64,000 nt of DNA from Patescibacteria group bacterium (GCA_049322955.1 JBMOPU010000012.1:211581-275580), one strand, 5' to 3'. Positions 33,001 through 34,733 are shown, numbered from the stretch's first letter. A program made the numbers and translations. Notes: generated by a model from the letters alone, not told the origin.

Positions 33001-34733
33001 TCCGCTTGGGACTTGGTGCATATCCGTATATTACGAAAGGCTTGGTGTTACCTGCCTACACGGAGCTTCCGCCGCCTCTGGAGCCGGGATTTTGTACCTA
33101 TGGCGGCTGTACAAACGGGTGTGCGACGGGATTTCAATGTAGTGAAACAAGCGGGTGTTGCGAGCCGCAGGAAGGGTATGCGGATTCGATCTGTTCTGCG
33201 GAAGGAAACGCGGAAATACGACGGGTGTTGTCCGGTTCTCTGTATGGTTCTACCGAAACCGTCGGATGTGATGAGCGGGGGTGTGCTAACGGGAAGTGTA
33301 TAGGATACGATTCGGAACAGAAGGATGCCCCGCTTTGCAGTACGCTTCCTCCCGATGAAGACTGGCAGGTTTTAGGGTTTGAGGATGATATCTACTTACC
33401 CGCACAATCCTGCAGAAACGCTGAAGGGGAAATCGAATGGCGATTAGGCATACTTACAAGTGCAAAGGGGGATTATGCATGCAGTGATGACAGGAAATCT
33501 ATCGTCAGTGCTACTACCGGGGAGGCAATCTGGCAATGCGGTGAATTTACCGAGTGTGACGCGTTGGACGGTAACTCTAACTGTATTCCCAAATGGTTTT
33601 TGGCGGATTATATGTGGTCTTCCGAATGCAACCCGTTGCAGACCCGGAATGACGGGTTTGTATGCACCCGTGAGGGGCTTCGGTGTACTCCGGGTCAGAC
33701 GTTACCCAAAACAAACGACATTCGTTGCGACCGCGTTTGCGAGGACGGAACAACGGAGAATACCCCCGTCAAATGGCCGATAGATTGCGCTCCGTATAAA
33801 GAAGATTATTCAGATATTTATTGTGGAACATCTGAATCGGGAAAGGCCGCGGTGTTATATAAAACCATGACACCACTTATAAGTGGCGACGAGCTGTCTC
33901 AGGAGGGGGGAGTTATTCAGATGACTGAGTGTGAAACTAACAGATGTGTGAGTGGTGCGTGCGCCGCATCAGCGAAGGATTCCTGTAGCCCTTATGAAGA
34001 AGGTAAGAACGCGATGAAAGAGGACGGATCCTGTTTATTGACCTGTCGTGACGGAAAGTATGAAGAAACAAGCGTGTGCGGGAAGGATATCAAAATACTT
34101 TCGTATAACAATATCGGGAGACAAAAAATACTTGAGGCATTGTCGTTACTTCCCGAGCATATTTTAGAAGGCGCCAATTATAATACCCTGCGGCATCTAT
34201 GGTATCCGAGGGTAAATGCAACCGGGCATACGGCAGTGGGAACCGCATACTCAATAATCGATCTTGCCAATACCAATACCATGGATTATGGATTCGCCGG
34301 TCAGACGGCAGAAGTGGTGATTCACGAATACATGCATGAATGGGCAACGACGCAAGCCGCTTGGTATCCGCATAATTGGCCGCTTGCGGACATTCTTAAC
34401 GTTGCGCCGCTTGTCACCAATTTCTCCCAACAAGGAATCGCGCCGGCACCCGCAGACTATATGAAAACGATAGGGTGTAAAAAAGAAGACGGGAAATTCT
34501 CCTACGGGTATCAGCCTGTTACCGGATATTCGGGCTTGCCTGTTAATGAAGTTGAATGCGGTGAGGATTTTGCCGATTCGGCCGCCTGGTATGTGACCCG
34601 TGCATGCGACTTGTTGAACGGGGGAGAGTCGGGAGACTATGAGGCAGGGCAAGTCCGGTACGATTACTTCAAGGACACGATCTTTGAGGGGAGAGAATAT
34701 TTACCTCCCGGCGGCTGCGGAAAAGGAGGATAA
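9..34733 (+). CDS. Giant multidomain protein (>=11,574 aa), very probably 5'-truncated by the window edge. Contains P-loop, FHA x4, GGDEF-like, two HExxH motifs, internal TM cluster, Cys-rich C-terminus
   Basis: One uninterrupted frame of 34,725 nt ending at TAA 34731-34733. Recognizable motifs lie in this same frame along its whole length. The ORF track begins at GTG nt 9 with AGGAA directly abutting (no spacer) and only 2 codons of upstream window, so the true start is likely upstream. Antisense ORFs inside are short and junk-like. Confidence 0.85.
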   Translation: MLAAIEETGKINGSITDESQRIIVITNENAKLTPYIESQQQLTRKIAVLEQSIAAGNTLQGRVVEFANRVFRGQTTAEQLANKLKPAPKAALVRKIASTARPVETHDSSKVTSRIVEGENGKRYAQLDAGEADRTIQNYVKGANERLQKVQEELGFPLYTKDTPNAPQDQVGNILSAATRGDHSMWLVAPGGAGKTETSAITAAERFHYTKRKQVLVVESEEVILTPDKQATFKKIFDAEGVKYFELTDSVGSLSPQDFAKLMEADVVISTNKIAYEFIADYGKGSAHPEFQAQFTDNLQSGNGFEFIVDEVKTIWQPALSFQVSGDSQVYARTPNGQRDVAVLQKALGWNIDESGVITRDANANGPLVKLQRSALALLDGGAQKLRELFDIDIYRNNGELVLRRDIRAEAYRDILLDQAAQHPEAKANIDAILGEFVDADAFTRALGDPNARAAIDAFEQRVNGIREANFTKDPVMTGIRDTVLENIGVMETLGKVYGDVVGNSYEPVARMGVDVDGRPVETLTVVPKDRNIFEGKQISDGMQNLVYNSVGKELYAKLTGNDQIASNINDVQMSTNAQSITILEVNSYAKSTQGMSLEANEVARVWSGAVPDAQTIGSADAVAEMMYGMTLPDGTVVGPKRTLSAIHEVNGVESVGTRLKTQTQALADGEAGVMGVNASNNGAANLEVRKAFLSKYGDADIQIVRNRNDLHQIEYSFGETAADGALGIHARAAVRLHVEPIEVNGQMRFQLVEEIISRVVNGDGTVRSENVTSVRRIGAPAEKSPITLADLDAVKLAARGAPLSVAQAESIAKLKGFGFEARRGFYTDFYDKGADIGVNPLSFNNESLRVFGDTANSSSEWNQAILRARGNEGGTKLVYSDFSPDAELIVIGGRNAEMSMIDFKTMAETNGFRATQKQATQTRLQFLNEFMAEKIREITSFLPEGEARTQAESLLAGGQKRLNVRVGAVEVDTNVELARQARIVQETIEQVINMPDVQKLANGGFLGLGRNRELSRLVGNLTRANGRSIASQIPEALDFSKPVDASAKPYTEATNVYEVIKGMEAHTYVNPADDLAGNVLPKVIRGINEVKTSFTATNTPQDIQRLTKVAADAVPDAIRIATRVNQGDSMTPTESYTVELARNTAVAMQDGVTQLEARRGTLPRLTQSVQQPNTLRAGDVIVGKDKNGVEGAQTILLGMRVSWTDASGDHEDLINGESTVITFPAGTTSIRIQTSGSRSEVELSGPDTQLVSDQNKNAPSFEATYQLNNEIAQTQAAIQKTLGNATVDTLTAALDREAKRKVQNELARLGLGNLPDSETDAIATALRAYESAVARVISQLNDRALEGDPQTRIDRETTTEKAALLRALNALLIKHAGTVKDAKIAKAFTNLGIAQNANVNQTLSFSEGGSVRVVDETHKGLLVDAARKQTAPTVTSIAVRLFGTYTDNALSYQKKQINRVIASEKPNIFVRAISGILPALRGIARIPASFMSATRFGNLVDRVRNFFGRTPVTTPESPQVAQGIIDGLIAGVKNGAYNDAYVALTNARNQGKTDDATKLETALRESIAGRLSQALGTTIAVHHDMVTALLAYEGGFVQAASTWNETPEGLTSLTLFAEAIQQEGGMAVLQQGAIDAVNAFRQATTLTRDITPEAIIGVVTQPVVQATYTLLADANAATLEAAAQEKANTPVERLKAALAKKDYLTAYTLFNELRANAANHLDEIAEADTALRRDVATRLGTQLNVTLDPTTIEIARIVDYEASIIELTNRSISENSVNNYEEYFDAAHRDSEVVAALADAEAAFDTLAAPLGVTRNSYNDGLRKTIDPMMHSVWDALKLDEKIAARIQAEEDARYDIGTVRGWVNILRNTFGTAYRYTFGANPIPGIRALLQMAVNRNRDLTPADRIEELIAWAAFRIAPAASGNPVGILTSAIFWAWDGIRIASAPLRSVWSNLVHPELVTTAVQPLAGPDIAPDAGIPARGVRRIIYNSNIFTNGLTGAEVVKRVPIYLVTRVLLLASTGLGGWTGPIAGYVFYQDMTFALPAQTRINIANGSREGFFEDLWNAHPFFGIGHKPWKPMYIVRDPFIFFARYSIPVAGQILFMHDMWRAVSWPVRAIIRATQTPSIPTVTPDAEAFWGNDGTITILGISVPRTWINATPNDRPLMYVATRVLSLGALTSYDWHRFIDEGGWRWLFAQPADHWTRRHDNAWYRYVANPRLWGGGIGETAAFIGTRVILNASFGGFGLVYDAFRAVRWVRESFAGGYIPQGAATATVTSTQSQNSAQTNGITLVSAGLYGDQQFKNGGIVKITYTEQDGSQHTVDGTLRLWSRDVKDSIWYVVLPDGRRADIRQSKIVKLTENITKNNNQSTTQTGTTTQQTATQQKRIYRTGGIYTFLNASPWGQGWGGLFRYGLTRYGGSMLMTSVPVVGPFIGPAYTIALGLYDTYRVLDWLATSGKFPSFTGKRATQTSQISQTGLTLHALPEGMVLLGGGRYRNNSTKQYIVRNAETGKTRTLRAGKEITLRNEIIELSDGTMVWFGEKGSVMRFTLTPSTDTPQDIIKANTAFDGGLLKSGVTGETLFDPGKIGPLAQSLRAEINGKSYTIHMPQDMKEAARELQDRRVFAAVTIAALLQAEEYLGVSNNLPTEILAVPDAASPSQAGLAGFFGSNKTKNGMFVVLQKNTADYMGIVAHEFTHETLGSSPLADFTEGVAVHIQRRIAPSSPAATHFYTKKLDPKLLHYNEAYVPATATELFGNDVNKEYQVAYSWSYVTGAFLLQAIAELYGDEGMVKFMTAYELSKDRYYHGGYELNIADKKTGKTVRNRDAIRTLLIDTFGVRETNRIIGMQEAALKGYGERFLKEEAKKQNANIVAELTIGRLAANDYQTPTSNDTISRRHAVVTRTSRGGLFIADVGSQNGTWVEHNGVRELLTQEARRLVAGDTVLLGDQNRGEIYTVTQNTAGELTLKKGDTDLMLRAKTPAQSAASAARPSARYKPNGCSSCRAELIVFEKIMERVLGAAQAETPNIAEAKRLIALAKGYFLRYTMANTEFQSVAKATVEVAEAQLIKNSAEQDDAVVALSDAILRMEQRTDVPEELVSEWDEAIAYLKERREEVKGMAVIEATEVERIRAQVTSGFYTAQAALGVYVPVGLRNEGDQTLASFGITRPTDAQIVEQAVASIVPAAVDAVRIAQPDLAQENPEGFIDTTMQFIQQTAEYQELLSGRSPAVIISSIRAALAVVVRNSVNATTEGQAVTVFASPQEAIEKLPLQKTTKDTLLLVVTNENEITDKRLVKLRDSSAYYPPKPGNAALNGATTSWNWYSEFTQSAAWDSVYQEVRRIIASGESDVVKAVQLEALMNVTERETVQKAEDGVARLRRAVRFWIDGFTNVLTEERLTQVLDDLSFGKVYQSKTAGGEVQQVILVTPQTFGLSVMSALDRAKVYIASSGSNAINRVSTMFFAEPPIEVTTNENGSEVLEHVRKNPKSIILKTRLPSGETVTPEEKLKGYIDAIETKGARKVSFTVISKTGVRDQKVLSQLAEYVATWNTGHPGDIVRLTVDVVQEFGRDSDIEVFKWLLLPGVHSLVHSGSKAAGGPAHAGFIWVTAYGQTLDGANVPSLAQNIESLTFAEQLRVVGNVEAIIAMFNLPSEYRLDGEIARAVAEEADDFNRSLGLTPLWEEAIVSDTTQPKGDDGKYPEKKVLLEQKNNESIRSYRIPLVYRDGKLVPEVDAKTLLRTWEESGYIMGGILEETPDLGPILRYGISTQLMRQLLNEGITTPEDARARVRALFAEKQAELANKYTEQRRANEVPVTVQTQEQQGYNREQFTAAHPWLAAFGSIFNTTFNAMFYAGIVFLVVTSASVIAPLFAPLIVPGFASIFTAAWIFITAALPYYYVFKDSPSYDINRVLYAATVRFDSTKTGTLTVETPQAKTAGISQEARSNFEANHPVRYTVARILDALLPGLMIGLLVLYMVSSGLGLVTLYAAAFAPYISASALTVILSILSVLPLLAVHKDIAATTQQLHDSIYRIMMPVASDGEAENDRMPLPTPPIQVKQVELQPEGQTFRMGNDLVDPLEEIFTEMVQKNHPEWDGKWETVRTFFMRYLWDKHFTVSYTHDGTKYTYTTSDAKETFVITDVEEFIDALFTFDSLISANKEKSQWIENLTVQTIWERATSYDFAHPTEFLRRYTQQFIAGQIPFVDWVTVGTITTRQGDEQVRVRSVEAKHSYMESPYILEISSVKDNADPNDPANQLHSLHYGIDSATQVSLYTVQLSSINDASNGKFAESEVSISIRMNRIRSYLEELGLLTNASFTVPDSDVDWLDLERTLAALAPAVAARVADTPDTDKQYATLTRLNDEIKRVQTLVGELIVKRKEIPQLEKRVAALKRYNSMVDGGGASMMSLVTALATLKRLGYTTVRIPVLLKYVQHVGVNTAEIPALLRSDWERKIKSLTSFTGIKQVSTDDPDVVMLDLSAWDFDLTKNNTRTRDLAPFLQDVKNMPVKEAPLNFDGKPSSNGLFAFDQGFVRFMGMIDALKAFIGRLMRSVPFVRTSTTPVEEELNMPLPTPPIRPAEGQNTDAEAGLPARTDELIAEIPASPGTGFFASSMDFLIYQGQQADAGTRFAITMNRRNGKPSGVWVMNAYPTDGQTVVLNGRQVQQGDAVYLVDNSVFTLGNREYRVSVVGDSLRIVADATVDVASNNLATVGDAVRSMRDELLGLLTDDLAESLRDATIQDVSIVDLIEYAVPIITGSDEYQRITNDRTEAEKEEVIRLLRSMLPSFIIEQVPLASPELLATRQANRRVEATLSNPGGDTLINEKIPLEIAAIQTVTDVIAAQLALPDSARFAVMQVLSRIPDVVEFLTRRLFDSLHTTARDPLRLPGETMAKFGEGEADELRRVGIGAQRVWSSIALPLFTSRGYPVVARLDVRNLRGANDVAGQGGYTPLGDYLLRKFADSVFEALGPDYEVIRVGGDEYMILARPGAATDGVQQRIEAVLATTHMLYKTPQGIENQPIRVEFKAPDELLPIEERNHGGDWLTLMEKGIYTDDATIDAGSDFHPMLAYTAQILTSIRVPLAGELTASQIASVHGVIKRIMAVLLFDDVLRDSARGMQESFRAKNPRATVAVYEDVQDWMEAVRVEMPLGFKIVRFDQPGILKMLNSMSSLYGDQMIVRQFEKLARFAFERLGVTNVRVYRRANELYLAVDPSVTIDTEQMQDALRGYGDNAAGLFKELAVVSQSEVTLVPTGVDGRGASENVRQLNRALSELANGIVTHTNASILDEYVRKPNNILTRIRNRFARSREVTSETLADRQFIVNYLNPFDKRGIDRIQHIGATPEEIESLKRFYVQIEPGAGSVVQDDQAYATIITLLTRINRDNNWFIKTWNTLIERIKFANQEVSRIGIVAPGTRALFSMFGGTDHSVNITNSARKEQHTAIATLLSRQFTTDKSLQVQLIAHLSNAKNAFIMDFIADHLMDGYFQESRKYINARKLPGVGRELQTDQDQIVELHNNTESPQSVWSIHAIPFLQGLGAQVMTVFDVEPLPDTKLDSATQTALRDLELRRVVTLIHNLGGGNYQIVRLNDNRFAVMMIGTVSDSEKWELENRLQRLETLVARPDAQGNVAFNRSRSHVFPFIPVTLKSEEELRREGEEFAAGINLFTPMTKKLLYLATKGFAYQQDEEIAKKQDDVLTNPARRVKLRAQNAGYAQVLATLEQDTILYGQADFVSYISSLTAAMASDDVLDGTAAKLEAKYNKKDPDVKVRVFADLPSTLKAARAQYGDEFSVIEVNVDETLRLVGKAHGYEQGDILIQTLFEKLGHHIFTELRLQNMIVYRESATKYYVVLNVHYPLDTKRMQSKLNAEYSPYRVGEKEYFVLPVVAMKHIGLNPSVTVGEAEQQFAAALIELQKYSETKMRAAIREHFVKETTLPPFHWAWLISYLRSGGNAEEVLAKFSNNARDISAAAQVTTVRRDGNYSDIRRVITKQTSEDLETLREISMEETSNWSLWYQMNNEFKGLVNVIGELFLGGMEVIFSKFPPKPYLRPNVAEVGKDNEDAKQNSFEAQLSTVSQRRSEKRAVAQVLPVGIDPDISEDIVGIKSMAAHLAYAYGKDYIQPYPGGQRLLAHYDPNMPGARYPGHRAIPVSVAFYTPAEENRWTRFLDFLAKLVYINRFTGTWEVMEITPAEIGSAMAEYEAAMHTVYKSKAAATEARNTAYQAGIEKLEAILSDKHLAAKTNPVAVSQSRPSNIVFAVVRGTTGSLAQIHDWFGKVGAPILMAFNDSREPVVIDDHVVVDGNPGLDVRDNIMRQLGSLVSEVHQVPQIIENKKDQRKTIRAEDLPRNIQYETIMMAVAYAMRKQGFPSLGTTVATGSLDDRVTLGAVSLREPVKPQAIRVAIEQAHSEYGLLDRLAHIYRHVVPAWLESFITALSEVLPITRDFVKIAGKGPYVTFIRRDYIGDPGLLTTVLSDIPFDKNVPTVVILQDKNTGQSRIVLQGVANDAVREQMLQDIFEELHQLEQGITRTANDWPKPKSQIVRQFESLAMYYRRFTGRSVQRASSSFENAKIVTKSTAYTTTTKELATVTDTTTLPGVTITIAGDTLTMTNEVMTLILAKDMASPASLTPTEVAQLRETINTYEQNKRALANVPDTSTGLSVLNLIMPSLFDTNNSARETTNIVSLQIFYASQGKLKAFSLAPRDDTIVDGVTTDAEVGIVGNADKYKVMDVRNGKMLVVRNGLENDLTDTQKNALEDLFVNAKTVEEANEQIQTLFQQWFPNASRSDQFVTLITIPAQETVERIQSGAVQLRLEPDTAILRDAPVPTREARQRDPGLESVAYPVTFRIDESGAIVATWANNAPITINGEEPDGTSAKLFVGDVIRFGNDGMAYEILVDDTNHAVLSVQSHPEYTVTLPRTVIPEYGLINMSRSTMVVDGEINLAPLDMLWPTNTANPLFIELPEERGTAQTNGRPVVVRKRADIRLANGQESWLRAIVLPYPNEVAPAMKANVWYQVKNQAGDIVGSVRRITANKFMVTYTREPEQSQTRSLPFLRPSLPDQLRTDHQRAVTTTRTSPNYAAVATTRRVGQMVHATGQVNHTGDNARRFGATGTPVNWSVKLRESDIPYFDSLSETERLNWITRRIQEADEIVYAQHGFQADGRVYAKPMQEILLPYATDGRRQVGVAPSLMGANGTYIEKQPYHYEDALQQSMHFYTALDGFFDFRHKRVTFIGQSTGARIVLELAGLLSEQQQLPKDVRFELVAPYILGRKQLKIFDGGWGLGFLYGFVNNRNVPMPVRRTFLLLARLPIFIVTTPDRVIVNNRLSGLTGNPAIADASIIHRENQQDVAYSTRWTDVILGVPAIDWEALPEAVRLAPIRFHLPQKENIVDQKQTEDFIEEKNLRSQQGFAVVTYGEGHYPIDKDWQRVGAHLNGIAQTAQEPETLQPMRRFGFEVEMPRLVERGEDRQPQPTPGPGVHIGTKQQGTNRFVEPNKTLFSQFDVDHASVQPEGEGLTITNRSPKGTWINGVLLSVGESKAIAFGDEVVFGQNPNDPEETELWRYRVDMSPTGNVALVRFSPVAQDNEADILLPIVLPNGAKENFAKKAALFAPTDSFRLASIAELPWQSDERIIIEYRTANGTRASLSVRATTSISDILDRLPFGAANDMRILKKVTKGYVQIGTMERIPTGWVKVFGIEGNVPAVVETGVPEPAAVAAEKAAERLITFVGGVNHTAYPTEQDVKTAFAETLGIDASYIVVQAITPTDYAISIDAPSLVFSGNVIERDKGVRFFHIDTIAVPAEFRKNGETAMRFRAIEGIIRSLFSVDRAEAVNQPTSEAAKNFWKSVGFAPQTNSALNQTYKKDYRTVSATSLYAFDQGFALFMKMTDAIGDWIKSRWQTEQTNSGVSVPVRVAQTEVNVNANTANPISQVVVGLPIEDRAKFLNEMGLREEQVIPIKTKVISLHPDTADEMKQAIERGEYSFIVIPVALNASLADKLASISKEEHLYALPTQGRAIIAAATPQMIDGVTYYDINVKGVGNTGNSQWGGFISDGELVPTGGGRNISGYTERSWEMAATEKAREFGLRSPVVIAITEPEELIYEGEVQPLQNILQKNTSLPDAFKPIQILVAWRNATRIIDLFGGFTQNSELNPFSMVMGSSERYPAITDALPPGFDEPLFTKVFGSLKKTAEPHLLIAAKRLSIELGKNLSIRDYLTEVDKLLIQNFRLMVRHNILQHNLTAQNISLAGEFGDWGDAFSFNGQVLTPEQEQKVRISDFHSFYEAYVMLHLAGGDRNIPTISEFYRTVIAQTARNTAFYPATFDRFINAGVNENSVEGKATIARNRANVQRYAQKMSRIRNAYFDTPTHRILQVIESIGKRMNPLWLSIRGTINKLIADARSDVRLQQNRFRNWLDVMRLYAEPYPQNDSLVQIAEEIVREIDGSFPNTAGSVRSLAAQNNLSELTIYLEERVDQLEDAAGPKLGRYLRNRIDRLHFLATPAPLWRQIINRVLRWWGNQQVVYFAEPTQTRFWNMVEEKINSLVGRNTNDVSLSPQEAEQRADAYFASEDARDMASTISLHIEAMQYQERWSDTGMPEEIFRDLINAALAKEQEYREFPTQVKLLINTRVEAFVAGRVNNMPDLRPFTTRERLAYLFRSIFNPVLNRLDIYRSRYYRDRVTIASLFALQPAIDDREADAYSKAAVERLKNARTTTQQLVLDQHKQKIERRNFDFTARDNAFRRAKNRELNAQLYLWWRRPFLQLSKASAAIKLYRAGVSNPIALLTHLERTGSDDIFSYDFKENGEQITGLDYARWIRANTYSEIPYIRVTERLSQLFTFPSLFGFVIPDIKDELNELGSYSDEIFQTVLAELDRYPFLSNSFTSPYTYRNNDKYGSGHIASPSFIFFLQLLQQGGLSENQRRIFGMAQLISDYGFGDVLPEMGNLEQNEQLLTDLLTVIENIYAHKDMTTLPGFGGGNRRDYNMERNLGHLIKTGDLTILATLIKSGYVVGFQTWKDLHESYTEESFKNTRLEQKLEAAKMLIDPITGLVDISKIRSSTSQAPEIDTVDRDAAFLQIQPELNAFIDGLPINDRDYLIRNYSEFTKEDSKWVPTELKAKINAISDGDNISYREIKQYTIRRLMTVNSVVQERLFRTAFQQAEISQQDMEAIAETFDEADRDFWQMVFSYPRENRTRLVMFKDSFLGSTKEKMVSQGSYGRMLADYILQLDRLANTTMFELERFLLNPNLELRKEIIGFASDNNSTLRDAKRTLLIRLHDRNLKPEIIQYLLGYIQKNVQRDARLDYIRGLTNVLNAKGMEGTDLADWRLLIEDYIPTFGFLAQENMIIIHRHLANGRPLRGPHLGPYLSEPGTLQVTETGRKGIDQLSAAVKRIRNRILSERTIFPEDVESNVGKALVGAITGFSTATWGHGSSRGLDIGEFVREFKAQEAAGNIPKLDEAFAEEAEFKVRFSKKVEYSQETTSVYQGFVSLITSAMNGGKSEATVFASNKANILSLLDKKIVDLTAAIAAKPSAKDFIEKQIAQYQTLRTAVDGATDTMTLLPVLVSTRGIKVNQVEGLPQVIQMMMFDRVFRLYPQLAEDFNQLFTASEITVGSLAKMIELRNVFIKDHLLEKVEANAKKQLLDIINTKELEDALKLTQESENQSVVVRVFATKGILGELAGDIGNACYTKQCNIMSQPITGLIFTTGEGEERVLIGSALVLENTVEGKPVRILRALNPREEFAEQFNMNDFSNGVLAYLEHVTGKIGAKVVAPVRVAGAMSNRPTVPTALINFIDGNPSILDKREDFNGYDITNGTLPMASKPEELQGFALGTAKVTQTAEEVQQSKGIIETLTQAFRQVNLGSCFSMSPLVQRVYAADDESGNTCSPFFRAPWRVVWDWIRNTLGANSKNAPAVIGKGRHTEAELVILRDRVMSAFPDLWKNEDAILTELPQETLNDLREIILSDGFTEDFRNSVATEISNNVVRWDSPLAQQILALSTQLLDEINNQYPREIPWSDFDTVGSMISSIAVLNVTQFHRVMPDKRIVDLMGEILTKLDAALVARNSRLIVRIRPSLREEVDIRHHEEIDSARHKFQDMLFHTLTLVPETERVAFYEKYIFPGMPIFEGRITESIVSMMFGYINQSKELADIGLLERFIGDMGEYLFTVSDNIYAFEAIATAYLNTVTSGYVSVNDAQVKNIVAATKVIEAAEDTLDTVKLRWYSDLYTWRKRPGMYQVFLELYGKDAADALVHEPSYMTMAQFNSYLNVVRKNGIDGPITKMLHDLMRSYVSESLVPSWIDEKHKPAIVNYFMLHPEDRARVIAILANQGFRAAVSSDPALEMGLSSIFLLENRIDQVEALMLQNNFTREALLPVFQGVTFNSYLQNRQQDWRAVYDITGQITGLPASTTQGHGGIIQSIGRRDYQNFVAVIKVGDYVRFDMADNASYLSDEHIVQAARALISAGVPRNLLWTRRAVTAEEKPITLEDIAYKNGLSTLFYPYAAVWVGQDENVPISWSRTTSGKRERNVFYLEQGLNTVTVTIPDGTEIDVRKIARMLMKSGFPISQEITVIDENKGNPQTYPYVLKQAGAYYEVGDVFVAQETMLIRDITPETVTYSTVENGKVVMHQMGHGAFDASLLDVEPLRIPKQRVAFTDISLASNPNQFLSALTRDSIAVMRTDGVVVLANENRGNPIGHNTLRQAALLEIPEANLQIVYTRDQNTMAISGDILEIRQFMSLLRKAENIPNIRMDITIFGFDPGNMKGQLADMLAHASLQDIPIRVQTIKNGSKSAIFTRLVTPLNSTAGFVGILQKNGDFVWSRETSSLELLESESRINPVEVAVRILYSPADHRWEVTGTGEGIQTFINFVRSQDLHFSNQFTIHSSDNADMNFNGSLQELMDSSIGKEQTSAAEAAIEDVQEIIITAGEKGCFSANPFVSRVYAADVADSADELFEGNTCPLFLRPPMYVLKQLWKYRGTVGKILSLDAFIRLGLGAYPYITKGLVLPAYTELPPPLEPGFCTYGGCTNGCATGFQCSETSGCCEPQEGYADSICSAEGNAEIRRVLSGSLYGSTETVGCDERGCANGKCIGYDSEQKDAPLCSTLPPDEDWQVLGFEDDIYLPAQSCRNAEGEIEWRLGILTSAKGDYACSDDRKSIVSATTGEAIWQCGEFTECDALDGNSNCIPKWFLADYMWSSECNPLQTRNDGFVCTREGLRCTPGQTLPKTNDIRCDRVCEDGTTENTPVKWPIDCAPYKEDYSDIYCGTSESGKAAVLYKTMTPLISGDELSQEGGVIQMTECETNRCVSGACAASAKDSCSPYEEGKNAMKEDGSCLLTCRDGKYEETSVCGKDIKILSYNNIGRQKILEALSLLPEHILEGANYNTLRHLWYPRVNATGHTAVGTAYSIIDLANTNTMDYGFAGQTAEVVIHEYMHEWATTQAAWYPHNWPLADILNVAPLVTNFSQQGIAPAPADYMKTIGCKKEDGKFSYGYQPVTGYSGLPVNEVECGEDFADSAAWYVTRACDLLNGGESGDYEAGQVRYDYFKDTIFEGREYLPPGGCGKGG
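571..950 (+). other. P-loop NTPase region: Walker A LVAPGGAGKTETS (nt ~571-600) and Walker-B-like FEFIVDEV (nt 921-944) in the giant ORF
   Basis: GxxGxGK[T] motif read directly. A hydrophobic-DE motif follows ~115 aa downstream. Confidence 0.45.
8091..8108 (+). other. HExxH zinc-metallopeptidase-like motif (VAHEFTHETLG) inside the giant ORF
   Basis: Codons cat gaa ttc acg cac gaa = HEFTHE, in frame. Confidence 0.4.
8620..8870 (+). other. FHA domain 1 (…ISRRHAVVTRTSRGGLFIADVGSQNGTWVEHNGV…LVAGDTVLLGD)
   Basis: Classic FHA signature: SR.HA, D.GS.NGT.VNG, GD.v.lG. Confidence 0.65.
11500..12060 (+). other. Cluster of ~5-6 predicted transmembrane helices in the middle of the giant protein
   Basis: Long hydrophobic runs: AAFGSIFNTTFNAMFYAGIVFLVVTSASVIAPLFAPLIVPGFASIFTAAWIFITAALPYYYVF and LLPGLMIGLLVLYMVSSGLGLVTLYAAAFAPYISASALTVILSILSVLPLLAV. 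Confidence 0.55.
12156..12179 (+). repeat. 24-nt near-identical direct repeat, copy 1 (atgccgttgccgacgccgccaatt, encodes MPLPTPPI)
   Basis: Matches nt 13713-13736 at 23/24 positions. Confidence 0.7.
13581..13631 (+). repeat. Protein-level repeated module, copy 1 (GLFAFDQGFVRFMGMIDA)
   Basis: Paired with copy 2 at nt 23639-23690 (SLYAFDQGFALFMKMTDA). Identical AFDQGF..FM.M.DA core, 15/18 nt identity in the core. Confidence 0.6.
13713..13736 (+). repeat. 24-nt near-identical direct repeat, copy 2 (atgccgttgccgacgccgccgatt, encodes MPLPTPPI)
   Basis: Matches nt 12156-12179 at 23/24 positions. Both copies are preceded by an acidic stretch (ENDR / EEELN). Confidence 0.7.
13890..14075 (+). other. 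FHA-like module 2 (…TVVLNGRQVQQGDAVYLVDNSVFTLGNREYRV)
   Basis: C-terminal FHA pattern NG..v..GD.v.l.d...f.lG. The N-terminal half is weak. Confidence 0.35.
14735..15030 (+). other. GGDEF-type diguanylate-cyclase-like domain with GGDEY variant (GGDEY codons 14943-14957)
   Basis: ARLDVRNLRGANDVAGQGGYTPLGDYLLRKFADSVFEAL…EVIRVGGDEYMILAR matches the GGDEF family pattern DlD.FK.iND..GH..GD.vL…R.GGDEF.vl. Confidence 0.6.
17395..17670 (+). other. Degenerate second GGDEF-like module (…VNVDETLRLVGKAHGYEQGDILIQTLFEKL…YRVGEKEYFVL)
   Basis: Same spacing and pattern as the GGDEF core, but GGDEF is replaced by GEKEY. Likely a non-catalytic or allosteric copy. Confidence 0.35.
20548..20705 (+). other. FHA-like module 3 (…WANNAPITINGEEPDGTSAKLFVGDVIRFGNDGMAYEI)
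   Basis: N.tfiNG..…L..GD.I.fG pattern. Confidence 0.4.
22500..22690 (+). other. FHA domain 4 (FDVDHASVQPEGEGLTITNRSPKGTWINGVLLSVGESKAIAFGDEVVFG)
   Basis: HA-containing first block, then S.NGTwiNG, then GDEVvFG. Confidence 0.6.
23639..23690 (+). repeat. Protein-level repeated module, copy 2 (SLYAFDQGFALFMKMTDA)
   Basis: See copy 1. The copies are ~10 kb apart. Confidence 0.6.
29612..29720 (+). repeat. Cys-containing repeated module, copy 1 (GSCFSMSPLVQRVYAADDESGNTCSPFFRAPW)
   Basis: Matches copy 2 at 32818-32935 (GCFSANPFVSRVYAADVADS…GNTCPLFLRPP). Shared nt blocks tgtttctcc and gtctatgcggc. Confidence 0.6.
32818..32935 (+). repeat. Cys-containing repeated module, copy 2
   Basis: See copy 1. 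The two copies bracket a ~3.2-kb (~1070-aa) unit. Confidence 0.6.
33094..34100 (+). other. Cysteine-rich C-terminal domain (~40 Cys in ~330 aa) of the giant protein
   Basis: CTYGGCTNGCATGFQCSETSGCCEPQ…GCDERGCANGKC…CGK. Dense CxnC spacing read directly. Confidence 0.7.
34323..34337 (+). other. Second HExxH motif (VVIHEYMHEW), ~130 aa from the C-terminus
   Basis: Codons cac gaa tac atg cat = HEYMH, in frame. Confidence 0.4.
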
